Source: Eledone cirrhosa
Taxonomy: Eukaryota
Assembly (NCBI GenBank): GCA_964016885.1
Contig: OZ024741.1
Coordinates: forward strand, 101,494,001-101,558,000
Length of the DNA: 64,000 bases
Reading direction: 5' to 3'
The position numbers and the translations under genes were made by a program. Below, piece after piece: positions 12,472-25,385 of the stretch. Numbering within the stretch: the first letter of the stretch is position 1; the number at the start of each line of letters is the position of its first letter. The notes under the pieces were generated by a model. The model was given only the letters and a program-made list of their open reading frames with translations. It was not told where the DNA came from and made no database searches.

Positions 12472-12679
12472 ATCTATGACCAGTGTATATAGATCACAGA
12501 CGCCCATATATATATACATACTCATACGTATATATATATATATGGGCCTTCTGGTTTCATTTCACATTATATACATGTCTGTGTATATTTCAATTATTTA
12601 AAAATAATTTTTAAGTGAACATAATTTTAAAAAAAATATTTTGAAGTGAACGTGACCCAGCGGGTCATGGGTGGTCTAG
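12020..12679 (+). mobile_element. Two tandem Helitron-like 3' termini (hairpin + CTAG|T)
   Basis: Repeat of about 140-190 bp ending GTGGCCC-aat-GGGTCAC..CTAG (12211) and CGTGACCC-agc-GGGTCATG..CTAG (12679), each followed by T. Confidence 0.6.
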
Positions 12680-12761
12680 TATATATATAAAATTAAGGTA
12701 CAAAAAAAAAGATAAAACTTCAAATCATTTGCTTAATTTCTACATTCGGTTTAATTTTAAT

Positions 12762-15745
12762 GAGTCAGTGTTACAAATTTTTCTGGGTGGGAAATGACGA
12801 TGGGATGGGTGGTGTAGGTATACTACTAGCTGACAAGTGGGTAGATAAAGTAATCTCAGTGCACAGGGTAAATGCAAGAATCATTAAACTCAGACTAGTC
12901 CTGAATAAAACAATTACCACAATAATATCAGCTTACGCACTCCAATCGGGGTTGCCAGACGAACTTAAGGATAGATTTTACGAGTCCCTAGTGCACACTA
13001 CTGCTCTAACAAACGACAATGACTTCCTAATCATTGCAGGAGATTTTAACGGACACGTAGGTAAACACTGTGACGGCTTCAATAGAGTCCATGGAGGCCA
13101 CGGGGTTGGCACAAGAAATGAGGAAGGATTCAGACTTCTAGAATTCTGCGATGCCAATGACATGTCGATATGTAACACAAACTTCAAAAAACCCGACAAC
13201 CACCTGATCACCTATAGATCAGGGGAGCATTCTAGTCAGATAGATTTTATCCTCATCAGAGGACATGACAGATGGACGGTCGTAAACACAAAAGCCTTCC
13301 CTAGTGAGGAATGTACCTCCCAACATAGCTTAGTTGTCAGCGACCTCACGGTCAGAACTAGACGAACCTGGAAACAGAGGCCAACCTGGAGAAGAAAGAG
13401 CTGAAAGACCCCTCAGCCAGTAACAGATTTAAAGATATTTTACTCAACGCCTACGACAGTAAAGAAGAACAGATAGAGACATTCAATGTAGAAGAGCACT
13501 GGGAGTTCCTAAAAAATAACTTACTAGAGGCGACGGATGAGGTCTGTGGCTGGAGTAAGACCACAAGCAGGAGGAGAGTGACTTGGTGGTGGAACAATAA
13601 GGTAGATGAGGCAGTTAAGGCCAAGAGACAGGCATGGAAAGAATGGAAGAACGGGGGGAGCAGGGTATATTACATAGAGACCAAGAGGGAAGCTAGGCGA
13701 CAAGTATACTTAGCCAGGATTGAAGCAGAGGATAGAAAATTCAAGCATGTTTTGCAACGTGAGGACCAGAAACAGGAGGTGTTCAAGATTGCGAGGCAGT
13801 GTGTCAGAGAGAATTGTGATATCATTGGAGAGAAGTGTATCCCTATAGAGGGGCCAGCAGTACAAGTCAGCAGCAGCGTAGTAAGTAAGGCAATCAAAGA
13901 TATGAAGATGGAGAAGGCAACCGGTCCATCAGGTATAGCTGCCAAGATGCTGAAGGCATCTGGGTCTGTAGGTCACACTATAACCACATGTATTGTTAAC
14001 CAGGTAATACTAGAAGGTGTCATACCAAAAGATTGGTGCAGTAGCATCATTGTCGACTGCTACAAAAGTAAAGGTGATGCACTAGATAGAGGAAACTATA
14101 GAGGTATAAAGCTGATGGACCAGTTCATGAAAGTAACAGAAAGAGTTATAGCACAGTTGATTAGGGATTGGGTGAAACTAGATGAGATGCAATTTGGGTT
14201 TGTACCAGGAAGAGGCACCACTGATGCCCTCTTCCTTGTGAGGCTGTTACAGGAAAAGTACCTAGCTAAAAGTAAGCCACTCTACTTGGCATTCGTCGAT
14301 CTCGAGAAAGCCTTTGAAAGAGTTCCACGTGCTATAATCTGGTGGGCTCTTAGAAAACTAGGAGTAGATGAATGGCTTATGAAAGCGGTACAAGCCATGT
14401 ATAGGGGAGCAGTCAGCAAAGTTAGGATTAGCAATGAGTATAGCGAGGAATTTAGCGTACAGGTTGGGGTCCACCAGGGCTCTATTCTTAGCCCCCTCCT
14501 GTTCATCATAGTCCTGCAGGCAATAACGGAGGAGTTTAAGATCGGATGCCCATGGGAACTCCTGTATGCAGATGACCTCGCACTTATAGCTGAATCTATG
14601 GTAGAACTAGAGAATAAATTCCAAACTTGGAAGCAGGGACTAGAAAGAAAGGGTCTCAAAGTCAACATGACAAAGACTAAGGTCCTTGTAAGTAGACTAG
14701 AAAACAGAACCCAGATCCCCTCAGGGAAATGGCCTTGCTCAGTATGTAGGAAAGGTGTAGGTAGAAACTCCATTCTCTGCCCCAAACGCAAACAATGGAT
14801 ACACAAGAGATGTAGCGGGATCTCAGGAAGTTTAATTAAGAATGTAGGCTTTACATGCAGCAGCTGTGCTGGGACAGGAAACAAATACCACCAATCTCTG
14901 GGAGGACTCTGTAGAAACAGTAGACAGCTTCTGCTACCTAGGTGACCGAATTAGCAGCGGAGGTGTGTGTTCAGAAAGTACAATAACTAGGGTAAGAACG
15001 GGATGGAAGAAGTTCAGGGAACTACTGCCACTGCTAGCTGCAAAAGGCTTCTCCCTCAGAATGAAAGGCAGACTGTATGATGCGTGTATCCGAACAGCAA
15101 TGTTACATGGTAGTGAGACCTGGGCGCTGAAGGTGGAAGACTTACGTAGATTAGAAAGAAACGAAGCCTGCATGCTCCGATGGATGTGTAATAGTAATAT
15201 ACGCGAACGACACAGCATAAATGAATTGAGAGAAAGACTGAGCATAAGAGGAATCAAATGCTGTGTGCAGGAGAGGCGGTTGCGTTGGTATGGACATGTG
15301 ATGCGTATGAAGGATGACAGCTGCATAAAAAGGTGCAGAGCACTAGAAGTCAATGGAAACTACGGAGTGGGGGAGACCGAAGAAGACCTGGGATGAGGTG
15401 ATAAAAGCCGACCTTACCCAATTACACCTCTCAAAGGCGATGACACACGACCGTGACCTCTGGCATCACGCAGTAATACAGAGTACCCGACCTCCCATGG
15501 GTACAAGCTGAAGCATATAGACAATATGCCCCCACACCCTCCCACTGCAAGGTGGTCGTGGAGGTGCCACGGCAAAAAAGCACCCAGCCCACACTGTAAA
15601 GTGGACGTGTAGGCGCCACGGAAAAAGCACCCAGCACTCACTGTAAATGAGGTCGGTGTTAGGAAGGGCATCCAGTTGTAGAAGTCAAGCCAAAATCAGT
15701 TCCTGTATGAGCAAGGCATGGTCAGCCAACCAGATCACTGCCTGG
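12762..15745 (+). mobile_element. RTE LINE, 5'-truncated (APE endonuclease + RT + Cys/His finger), disrupted
   Basis: ORFs 12760-13404 (GDFNGHVG, IDFIL), 13578-14945 (YADD), 14866-15396 (RLRWYGHV). Confidence 0.95.
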
Positions 15746-16042
15746 TATTTTTGAGATATGCATTCCTCAAATCTAATAATGATTTTCTGATATGTTATTG
15801 CAATTGTTTATTGATTTGATTGATTAATTAATTAATCTCCAAATCATTATTTATATTTTGCAATTGTATTTCATTAAAATTAAAATGAACGTGGAAATTA
15901 ATCAAATGATTTGAAGTGTTATCTTTTGTTTTTTACCTAAATTAAATCATTATGCTTTGTATTTTTTCCATATATTGAGCTTTTTCACACTTGGTAAGGA
16001 ACAAGTGATATATCCATCTTCTATATATATATATATATGTAT

Positions 16043-16235
16043 ATGAAAAATTTGGGATCCTGACGGCTGAGCTCTGGCCATTTCAACGTTTCAACAGCTA
16101 GATCCAAACTGGTCTAGTTGTTGAAACGGCCGGAGCTCAGCCGTCAGGGTCCCAAATTTTTCATTTTACCTCAAGTGTCGAGTACCTGGTGAGTAATGGT
16201 CTAACTAGTTTTTACTGCCTCCATTCTGATATATA
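16043..16235 (+). mobile_element. Tiny Penelope-like remnant: inverted repeat + tail, containing the 3' half of a hammerhead
   Basis: ATGAAAAATTTGGGATCCTGACGGCTGAGCTC.. pairs with ..GAGCTCAGCCGTCAGGGTCCCAAATTTTTCAT; GAAA-CGGC..GCCG-TC; TGTCGAGT tail motif; flanked by (TA)n. Confidence 0.55.
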
Positions 16236-16275
16236 AATATATATATTTGTTTTTTTTTTATTTGATTTTCAAAAG

Positions 16276-16854
16276 AAGAAGATAAGAAACCTAAGAGAAC
16301 AAACCCAATTGGTTGGAATCCTGTCAGTGAAAGTCTAGAGAAAACTAAGACTAAAGACAAGAAGAAAAAAGCTGCTGGGAAAAGTGTGAAAGCTGACCAA
16401 GAAGAGGTTAAACACAAGATAAATAAGGAGCAGGAGAGTACAAGTGAGACTGTTGGGAAAAGTGTGAAAGCTGACCAACAAGAGGTTAAACACAAGATAA
16501 ATAAGGAGCAGGAGAGTACAAGTGAGACTGTTGGGAAACAGCAAGATAAAAGTGAAAATGTTGAGAAGCAGGGGGATAACAGTAATAAGTTTGAGAATCA
16601 GAGGAGCAAAAATGAGAAGCAAGGAGGTAACAGAAGGGAGCAGGGAGGTAAAGGTAAAAAACAGAGGGGTAACTGTGAGAAATACGAAAGTAATAGCGAA
16701 ACCGAAAATCCAGATGAGAAGAGCACGAAAGTTGTTAAAAATAAGGGAAATAAACAACAAGAGGCCAACACCAAACAGGAATTGTCAAAATCGAAAGAGG
16801 AAGCAAAACCTGTTAAAGAAGAGCAGAATACTGTGAAATCAAAGTCTAAACCAA
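16276..16854 (+). CDS. Host gene A exon, K/E-rich low-complexity region with a 26-aa tandem duplication
   Basis: T-rich tract + AAAG acceptor, CCAA|GTAAGA donor, 579 nt open, phase 1/1. Confidence 0.75.
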
Positions 16855-18025
16855 GTAAGATATATATATATATATTCTTTTGTTTTTGTTTTTTCTCTGT
16901 TTCTTGTCAATTATGGCAAGTTGTCGGTTGGTGGTTGTTTAGCCACAGGTCAATCCACAAAGACTTTGATCAAAGGTATTTTAGCTATGACCATCCTACC
17001 TTTAAGTTATAATCAATCTATCAAGTACTACATTATCCTCAATACACAGCTCTCCTTTTCAAGATGGTAGGATGTGATATTTAGGTAAATTTAAGAACAG
17101 ATTTGACTTTGTTAAAGGTACACAAGTGCCAGGTGATGGTGTTTGACCGGGCTTGTTCCTCAGGCAGGTTTTCACAGCATCGATATCTCTACGAGACTCC
17201 ACTTTCTAATTTCTTCATTCACCTTTACCTTATCCATCTACTACAATCAAATCACAGCATATTTTGTCTCTTATCATGCAGTATCCATTATTACAACTCC
17301 ACAACAGTGTCATCATTGTCATAATTTTTACATTTGTCTTTCCATGCTTGCATGGGTTAAATGAGACCTATTAAGTACAGCATCCTTTAAGGCCTCCATG
17401 CTTCCCGAGATCCGCCAACACTACAGCTAACACATACAAACATGTACTTCCCTGGCATTTGTGTATTATTCTATGTACTATATTGACGAGTTGTAGTGCA
17501 CCTGAGCACTTTACACAATAATTTCATTATTATTATTATTATTATAGCATCCCTCCACTCTTTCCTTTGTCATCTCCTTTTTGAGGCTCAGCAACCTGAG
17601 ATCAGTTATCATCACTACTGCCCATATCTTCCTCAACCTATCACTACTACATCTTCCTTCCGCCTGGAACTTCCCTGGCACTACTTCACCTAACAATCAT
17701 CATCCAAATGCATAACATGTCCATACCAGCACAATTTTCTCCCTTGCACATTACATTTAATTCCTATTATACGCAGTTTTCCTCTCAACTCATCTATACT
17801 TTGTTGTTCATGCACATTAACATTACACATCCAATGGAGCCTGCTCAATATATTTATTTCTAACCTTCAGACATCCTCTATTCAACACCCATATCTCTAT
17901 ACCTAGCAACATTGCACTTCAAACACAGGAATCATACAATTTATCCTTTGTTCAGATAAGTATTTGCATTTTATTTTGTCAATCCTTATCTTATAAGATT
18001 AAAACACTGGCTTGTTGTTTTACAG

Positions 18026-18201
18026 TAAAACTACTAAATTTTAATGCTGCACTTGAAGAAAAATTGATTAAATTGGACAAAATAGCAGTAATGATTAAAG
18101 TTAAAGTTATCATTGCTGGAAATATGGATGAATTGATTATTTTTGAGAAGAATGACATTGGAGTTTTACAAAAGCTGATGGAGAATCCAAGTATTAAAAA
18201 G
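18026..18201 (+). CDS. Host gene A exon, start of exonuclease-like domain (IKLLNF...GVLQKLMENPSIKK)
   Basis: TTTTACAG acceptor, AAG|GTAAGA donor, phase 1/0. Confidence 0.8.
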
Positions 18202-18659
18202 GTAAGACAATACTGTTAATGTGTGTAGCTACCCACTCAACGTCATCATCATCATCATCATCAACTGCATCTCTTCTAATTTTTAGTTGCGCTAGAACTT
18301 TGTCACTTTCATAACTTAGTTCATTGTACATTATTAAATACACTTACAATGTACTGTATATTTTGAATTGTTGTTTTGTAGGCCAAGTAGATAGGTTGCA
18401 TGCTGGGTTTTTTTTTCATGTATTTATGTAGAAAAAAAATGGTGCAACTTATACATAAGTATATATGTGTTCATGTAGCCTTCTGTACGGCTAGATGTAT
18501 TTTTAAAGATTTCCAACTTACATCCCAACCATCCATAGATAATTTCTTTTCTACAGGTATCTCTCTTCCCCAATTTCAAAATGTTTTGTTTACATTATTA
18601 TTATTATCACATTATTATTATTCCACAACGTATATACTTTAACCTTGTTTACGAAATAA

Positions 18660-21600
18660 ACGTTGGACATTCTCTTTCTCTACGAATTCATCCCTAACCC
18701 CCGCCATTTCACTCCCCTTTTCTTTCTCATTCATTCATTTTGATATTGACGAAGCTAGGTGACCATCTTCGAAATTCTCGCATATTCGCCTTGTCGAATA
18801 CTTGTATCTGCTTATTTCCCCCCGAATCTTCTGTGATGATACACGCCATGATGACTACCTATCTCACCCCCCCCCCCCCCACTCACTACCATAGGCTATT
18901 TGACCAATCAAACCTCAGAAACATGCCCTCACCCATTACCAGCCCCAACAAACTCTGCTATTACTACTACTACTACTGTCCTTCTAGCCCTTACCAGCCC
19001 CAACAAACTCTGCCATTACTACTACTCTCCTTCTAGCCCTGCACCAAAGAATTCTTGTTTACTGTTATCTATGGATGAGCTGAGGATAAATGGAACAACC
19101 CCGAATAAATAAATGAATATTAATCCGCGAGTTACCAAGCACCCATGTGAAGCTTTAAATCAGAGACAGGAAGCATGCACACTCCCCCGCAAAAATTCAA
19201 CCTTTTCCATGAATGATGGCAAATGCTCAAAACTCCAAGTTGGCACCATCAACGTAAGCACAATGACAGGAAGAGCAGGAGAAATCGTAGAGATGTTAGA
19301 GTGAAAGGAAATTGATGTATGCTGTGTGCAAGAAACTAGGTGGAGAGGAGAGTCCGCTAGAGTGTTTGTAGGCAAAAATCAGTGCTAGCAATTTTTCTGG
19401 GTGGGAAATGACAATGGGATGGGTCGTGTAGGTATACTATTAGCTGACAAATGGGTAGATAAGGTAATCTCAGTGAACAGGGTGAACGCAAGAATCATTA
19501 AACTCAGACTAGTCCTGAATAAAATAATTGCTACAATCATATCAGCTTACGCACCCCAAACTGGGTTGCCAGATGAACTTAAGGATAGGTTTTACGAGTC
19601 CTTAATGCACACTACTGCCCTACCAAACGACAATGACTGCAATCATTGCAGGGGACTTTAACGGACACGTTGGGAAACACTGTGATGGCTTCTATAGAGT
19701 CCATGGAGGCTACTGGTTTGGCACAAGAAATGAAGAAGGCTTCAGGCTTCTAAAATTCTGTGATGCCAATGACATGTCGATATGTAACACAAACTTCAAA
19801 AAACCCGACAACCATCTAATCACCTATAGATCAGGGGAGCATTCTAGTCAGATAGATTTTATCCTTATCAGAGGACGAGATAGATGGATGGTTGTAAACA
19901 CAAAAGCCTTCCCTGGTGAGGAATGTACCTCCCAACATAACGTAGTTGTCAGCGACCTCATTGTCAGAACTAGACAAACTTGGAAACAGAGGCCAACCTG
20001 GAGAAGAAAGATCTGGAAGCTGAAAGACTCCTCAGCCAGTAACAGATTTATAGATATCTTACTCGACACTGATGACAGTAAAGAAGAACATATAGAGACA
20101 TTCAATGTAGAAGAGCACTGGGAGTTCCTAAAAAATAACTTACTAAAGTCGACGGACGAGATTTGTGGTTGGAGCAAGACCATAGGGAGGAGGAGATTGA
20201 CTTGGTGGTGGAACAATAAGGTAGATGAGACAATTAAGGCTAAGAGACAGGCATGGAAAGAATGGAAGAACGAGGGAAGCAGGGTTCATTACATAGAGGT
20301 CAGGAGGGAAGCTAGGTGACAAGTATACTTAGCTAGAAGGGAAGCAGAGGATAGAAAATTCAAGCATGTTTTGCAACGTGAGGACCAGAAACAGGAGGTG
20401 TTCAGGATTGCGAGGCAGTGTGTTAGAGAAAATTGTGATTTCATTGGAGAGAAGTGTGTCCGGAATGATAAAGGTGAGCTTCCCTCACAAGTGCCGAGAA
20501 GAAAGCTGCATGGAAGAGCCATTTTGAAAGATTACTAAATGAAGAGAATGTATGGGAGAAAGAAACTCTACCCCTAGTGGATCCTACAAAGGGGCCAGCC
20601 ATACAAGTCAGCAGCAGCGTAGTAAGTAAGGCAATTAAAGATATGAAGACTGGGAAGGCAACCAGTCCATCGGGTATAGCTGCCGAGATGCTGAAAGCAT
20701 CTGGGTCGGTAGGTCACACCATAACCACACATATTGTTAACCAGGTAATACTAGAGGGTGTCATACCAAAGGATAGGTGCAGCAGCATCATTGTCAACTG
20801 CTACAAGGGTAAAGGAGATGCCCTAGTTAGAGGAAACTATAGAGGTATAAAGCTGATGGACCAGTTCATGAAAGTAACGGAAAGAGTTATAACACAGTTG
20901 ATTAGGGACCGGATAAAACTAGATAAGATGCAGTTTGGGTTTGTGCCAGGAAAAGGCACCACTGATGCTCTCTTCCTTCTGAGGCAGTTACAGGAAAAGT
21001 ACCTAGCTAAAAGTAAGCTGCTCTACCTGGCATTTGTCAATCTGGTTAAAGCCTTCAACAGAGTGCCCCGTCCTATATCTGGTGCGCTCTTAGAAAAATA
21101 CGAGTAGATGAATGGCTTGTGAAGCCTGTACAAGCCATGTATAGAGGAGAAGTCAGCAAAGTTAGGGTTAACAATGACTATAGTGAGGAATTTAGCATAC
21201 AAGTCGGTGTCCATCAGGGCTCTGTTCTTAGCCCTCTCCTGTTTATTATAGTATTGCAGGCTATAACAGAGGAGTTTAAGACCGGATGCCCATGGGAAAC
21301 CCTGTATGCGGATGATCTTACACTGATAGCTGAAGCTATGGTTGAACTAGAGAAGAAATTCCAAACATGGAAGCAGGGACTAGAATGAAAGAATCTCAAA
21401 GCAGGGCCGTCTTAACGCATGGGCACGCTGGGCAGTTGCCCGGGGGCCCATTTGTATTTTTATTCCTGTGAGTGGTTTTGTAGGTAGGGGCCCCAGTGCT
21501 CTGCTTTTCCCAGGGGACTATAATGCTGTTAAGATGGCCCTATCTCAAAGACTAAAGTCCTCGTAAGTAGACGAGAAAACAGAACACAGATCCCCTCAGG

Positions 21601-22662
21601 GAAATGGCCTTGCTCAGTATGTAGGAAATGTGTAGGTAGGAACTTCATCCTCTGCCCTAAATGCAAACTATGGGTACACAAAAGATGTAGTGGGATCTCA
21701 GTCAGCTTAGTTAAGAATGTAGGCTTTACATGTAGCAGCTGCACTGGGAGAGCAAGCAGCAAATGGCCACAGGAAACAAGCACCACCAAACTCTGGGAGG
21801 GCTCTGTAGAAACAGTAGACAGCTTTTGCTACCTAGGTGACCGAATTAGCAGCGGAAGTGGGTGTTCTGAAAGTATAGTAATTAGGGTAAGAACGAGATG
21901 GAAGAAGTTCAGGGAGCTACTGCCACTGCTAGCTTTTCCTTCAAAATGAAAGGCAGACTGTATGATGCGTGCATACGAACAGCAATGCTACATGGTAGTG
22001 AAACCTGGGCATTGTGTGTAGAAGACTTGTGCAGATTAGAAAGAAACGAAGCTTGCTTGCTCAGATGGATGTGTAATAGTAATATACGTGAACGGCAAAG
22101 CATAAACGAATTGAGAGAGAGACTGAACATAAGAGGAATCAAATGCTGTGTGCAGGAGAGGAGGTTGCGTTGGTATAGACGTGTGATGTGTATGAAGGAT
22201 GACAGATGCATAAAAAGGTGCAGAGCACTAAAAGTCAATGGAAGCCATGGAATAGGAAGACCCAAGAAGACCTGGAATGAGGTGATAAAAGCTGACCTTG
22301 TCCAATTGCACCTCTCAGAGGCGATGACACAGGACCGTGACCTCTGGTGTCATGCAATAATACAGAAGATCCGACTTCCCATGAGAACAAGCCAATGCTG
22401 AAGCATATAGACAATATGCCCCCATCCCCTCCCACTGCAAAGTGGTCATGGAGGTGTCACGACAAAAAAGCACCCAACCCACACTGTAAAGTGGTTGTGT
22501 AGCACTCAGCACTTACTGTAAATGAGGTTGGTGTTAGGAAGACCAAATCAGTTCCCATATAAGCAAGGCAAGGTCACCCGACCTAGCACTGCCCACAACA
22601 GGACAACTCGTCTAACCCATACTAGCGTGGAAGAATGGACGTAAAACGGTGATGATGATGAT
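18660..22662 (+). mobile_element. Near full-length RTE LINE with multiple stops/frameshifts (5' boundary approximate)
   Basis: VGTINV, QETRW, GDFNGHVG, YADD, RLRWY motifs across ORFs 19113-22401; (GAT)n tail at about 22650. Confidence 0.93.
21402..21542. mobile_element. hAT-type MITE (141 bp) inserted in RTE
   Basis: TIRs CAGGGCCGTCTTAAC / GTTAAGATGGCCCTA; 8-bp TSD TCTCAAAG at 21394-21401 and 21543-21550. Confidence 0.9.
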
Positions 22663-23947
22663 GCATAATATATATATATATATATGAAAAGCAGATTGTA
22701 TGATGCCCTTATTCAAACTGTAATGCTACTTAGAAGTAAGATTTGTGCCTTGACTGTAGATCTGTGACAATTGGAGAGAAATGAGGCTAGCATGCTCCAA
22801 TGGATGTCTAATTTAAGGTGCATAAGCAGCAAAGTGTTTGCCAGATTGTGTTGGTATGGATATGTGATGCACATGACAAATTGCTTACTCATATGGGTGA
22901 GATGAATCTGGCAGCGAGACGTGAAACGTTTAGCCTCCTGACAGCTTGCATACTTCTTACTCCCACCTGACTTCTCTGTCCACCCTTTCCACCTTAATCC
23001 TGCCACCTCTCCCCTATCTCAGTCCCTAAGTGCCCCCTCCACTTACATTCACCATTCCATTTCCTTGTCAACCTGATGCCAGCACATAAAGAAGAAAGAA
23101 GTATTCTTCCAACATTGTACTCCCTCTCCCCAATTCACCTTCCTTCTCCAACCCATTCAGCATGGAGAAAAGATGTGTTCCCTACTCCCACCCACTTCCT
23201 TGTTCCTTGTCCAACCCATGCTAGCATGGAAAGCCAGGCATGCCTCAATATACCGCCAGATGTAACTCATTCTCATCAAGGCCACCTCTATGACGCATCG
23301 CTTCTTCTCATGGTGGTATAATCCCCCCACTCCTATCATTACCTCCTTAGTGCTGGTGCCATAATAAACATACACTCAGCCCACTCTGTAAAGTGGCAGT
23401 CTTGGTGCCATGATAAAAAGCACCCTGTCTACCCTGTAAGTGCTATTGCTGGTATCCCAAGAAAATGTTCACAGTACACACTGTAAAGTGGTTGGTGTTA
23501 GGAAGGGCATCTAGTCGTAGAAACCAATCCCAAAATGGAGCATATGAGCAAGATGTTGTCAATTGACCAGTCTAGTGTCAGTTATGTGAGAGCCCATGTA
23601 ACTGATGCAACCATGGAAAATAGACTTTTAACAATGATGATGATGGTGATGATGATTTACAGTAATTGCTTATAAATATTCATATTTGTTTTCATGTTAC
23701 AAAAAGATTTAATGTAGATTTTTCACTGGCAATGTAGAATTGACCTGGACAGTAAAATACTAGAGTTCTAAACTAAACACATAGTATTTATCATCATTCA
23801 TTTGAATTCTTGGTTGAAATCCTGATGATTTTCATTTTTCATTGCTCTGGTGGTTGATAAAGTCAGTATTAGGAATAGATTAGTGTATTTTATACACACA
23901 TCCTCCCTACGAACTACAAACATAATATGATTTTAATATCTTTTCAG

Positions 23948-24022
23948 TTAATATTTCCAAAGAGCACGCCAAAAATACACGATTTGGATACTACAAAATT
24001 CCAAAAAGTTGTCGATATTGGG
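23948..24022 (+). CDS. Host gene A exon (LIFPKSTPKIHDLDTTKFQKVVDIG)
   Basis: TTTTTCAG acceptor, GGG|GTATGT donor, 75 nt phase 0/0. Confidence 0.78.
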
Positions 24023-24237
24023 GTATGTACATGATTATTTATTTTGAATTATTTAAATACCAGTATACAACAAATATATTTTAAATAGTTCTTTTAATTT
24101 TAAATGCATAGTGTCTATGTACAATACAATTGACCAATTCACAAAATAATAGCTACAGTTAACTCATTGTTTGAAATATATAGCAGCTATGTAAAATACT
24201 GTTAATTCTTGCTTTCTTATAATCAATAACTTCCTCA

Positions 24238-24276
<39 letters not shown>

Positions 24277-24360
24277 CTATAACTTCATACCTATCTCCCT
24301 CCCCTATTGCTCGTCTCCTCAGAGCAGAGAGGACTCTGTATTTGGGTCAATAACCAACAA

Positions 24361-24880
24361 CCTCTCTAGTGATGGTATCACAAAAATGCATCCTGTACAT
24401 TCCGTAAGGTAGTTGGCAACAGGAAGGGTGCCCTGCTGTAGAAACCATGCCTAAAAGGGTTGAGAGGACCCTTTAGTTGTGTTGAAGACTCTCTCTAGTG
24501 TTGGTGATCTACACAAGAAATGCACCCAGTACATGCTGTAAAGTGGTTGGTTTTAGGAAGGGCATTCAACCGTAGAAAGCTTTTCAAACAAAGGGTTGAG
24601 AGGACCCTTCAGTTGTGTCTAATGTTGGTGATCTACATGATAAATGCACCCAATGCACCCTGTAAAGTGATTGGTAATAGGAAAGGCATTCAGCTGTAGA
24701 GAGCTTGCCAAACAAGGGGTTGGGAAGACCCTTCAGTTTGCATCAAAATACATGAAAACTTCTCTGCACTCAATAGAACATATTGTATGCAAGCGGGATG
24801 CAGACCACTTGGCCTGTCTGGGAGGTCAGTACTGACTTGGTCTATGTAGACCCATCCAACCCTTGTTAAACAATGATGAT
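24361..24880 (+). repeat. Three tandem ~125-bp units derived from RTE-type 3' UTR, ending in a (GAT) tail
   Basis: Repeated AAATGCACCCAGTAC..GTAAAGTGGTTGG..AGGAAGGGCAT..GTAGAAA..AGGGTTGAGAGGACCC. Confidence 0.7.
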
Positions 24881-25122
24881 TACAGAAAATGCACACAGTT
24901 ATGTAAAACAAACTTGCTGACTGCAGTTTCATGCATTAAAGTAGTACTGTACTTGTGATGCTAGTTTGCATAATAGATTAACGAACTGTTTTGTTCGTGA
25001 GATGTATGTGAGACAATAACAAAACAAAAGATAGACAGGAAAATTTACATGTGTCTTTTGACAAAAAGGAAGATAAATATGTGAAACATTTAGACTAGAA
25101 TTAAATGGGCAACAGACTGTGC

Positions 25123-25204
<82 letters not shown>

Positions 25205-25301
25205 ATGTATGTGTATATATATATATATAAAATCAAGGTTTAGCAAATAAGAAAAAGTTTCAAAATAAATTTTTAAAAATTAACTTTACTTACTATGGTT
25301 A

Positions 25302-25385
25302 CCTTTACCGAATCGGTTTCGAGTCTCAAAAATAAACGGACAGTCCATACGGCATCTGTTGCAAAGATAAACTCTCGTCAGAAGG
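25302..25385 (-). ncRNA. Type I hammerhead ribozyme in a Penelope-like pLTR remnant
   Basis: CCTT-CTGACGA-GAGTTT..AGACTC-GAAA-CCGA-T-TCGG-TA-AAGG; all three stems pair; about 70 nt from (TA)n. Confidence 0.8.

Noticed and set aside
18745-18790. TTGACGAAG..CTTCGAAA hammerhead-like motif near the RTE 5' end
   Set aside because: Core C is missing and stems I and III cannot be formed convincingly.
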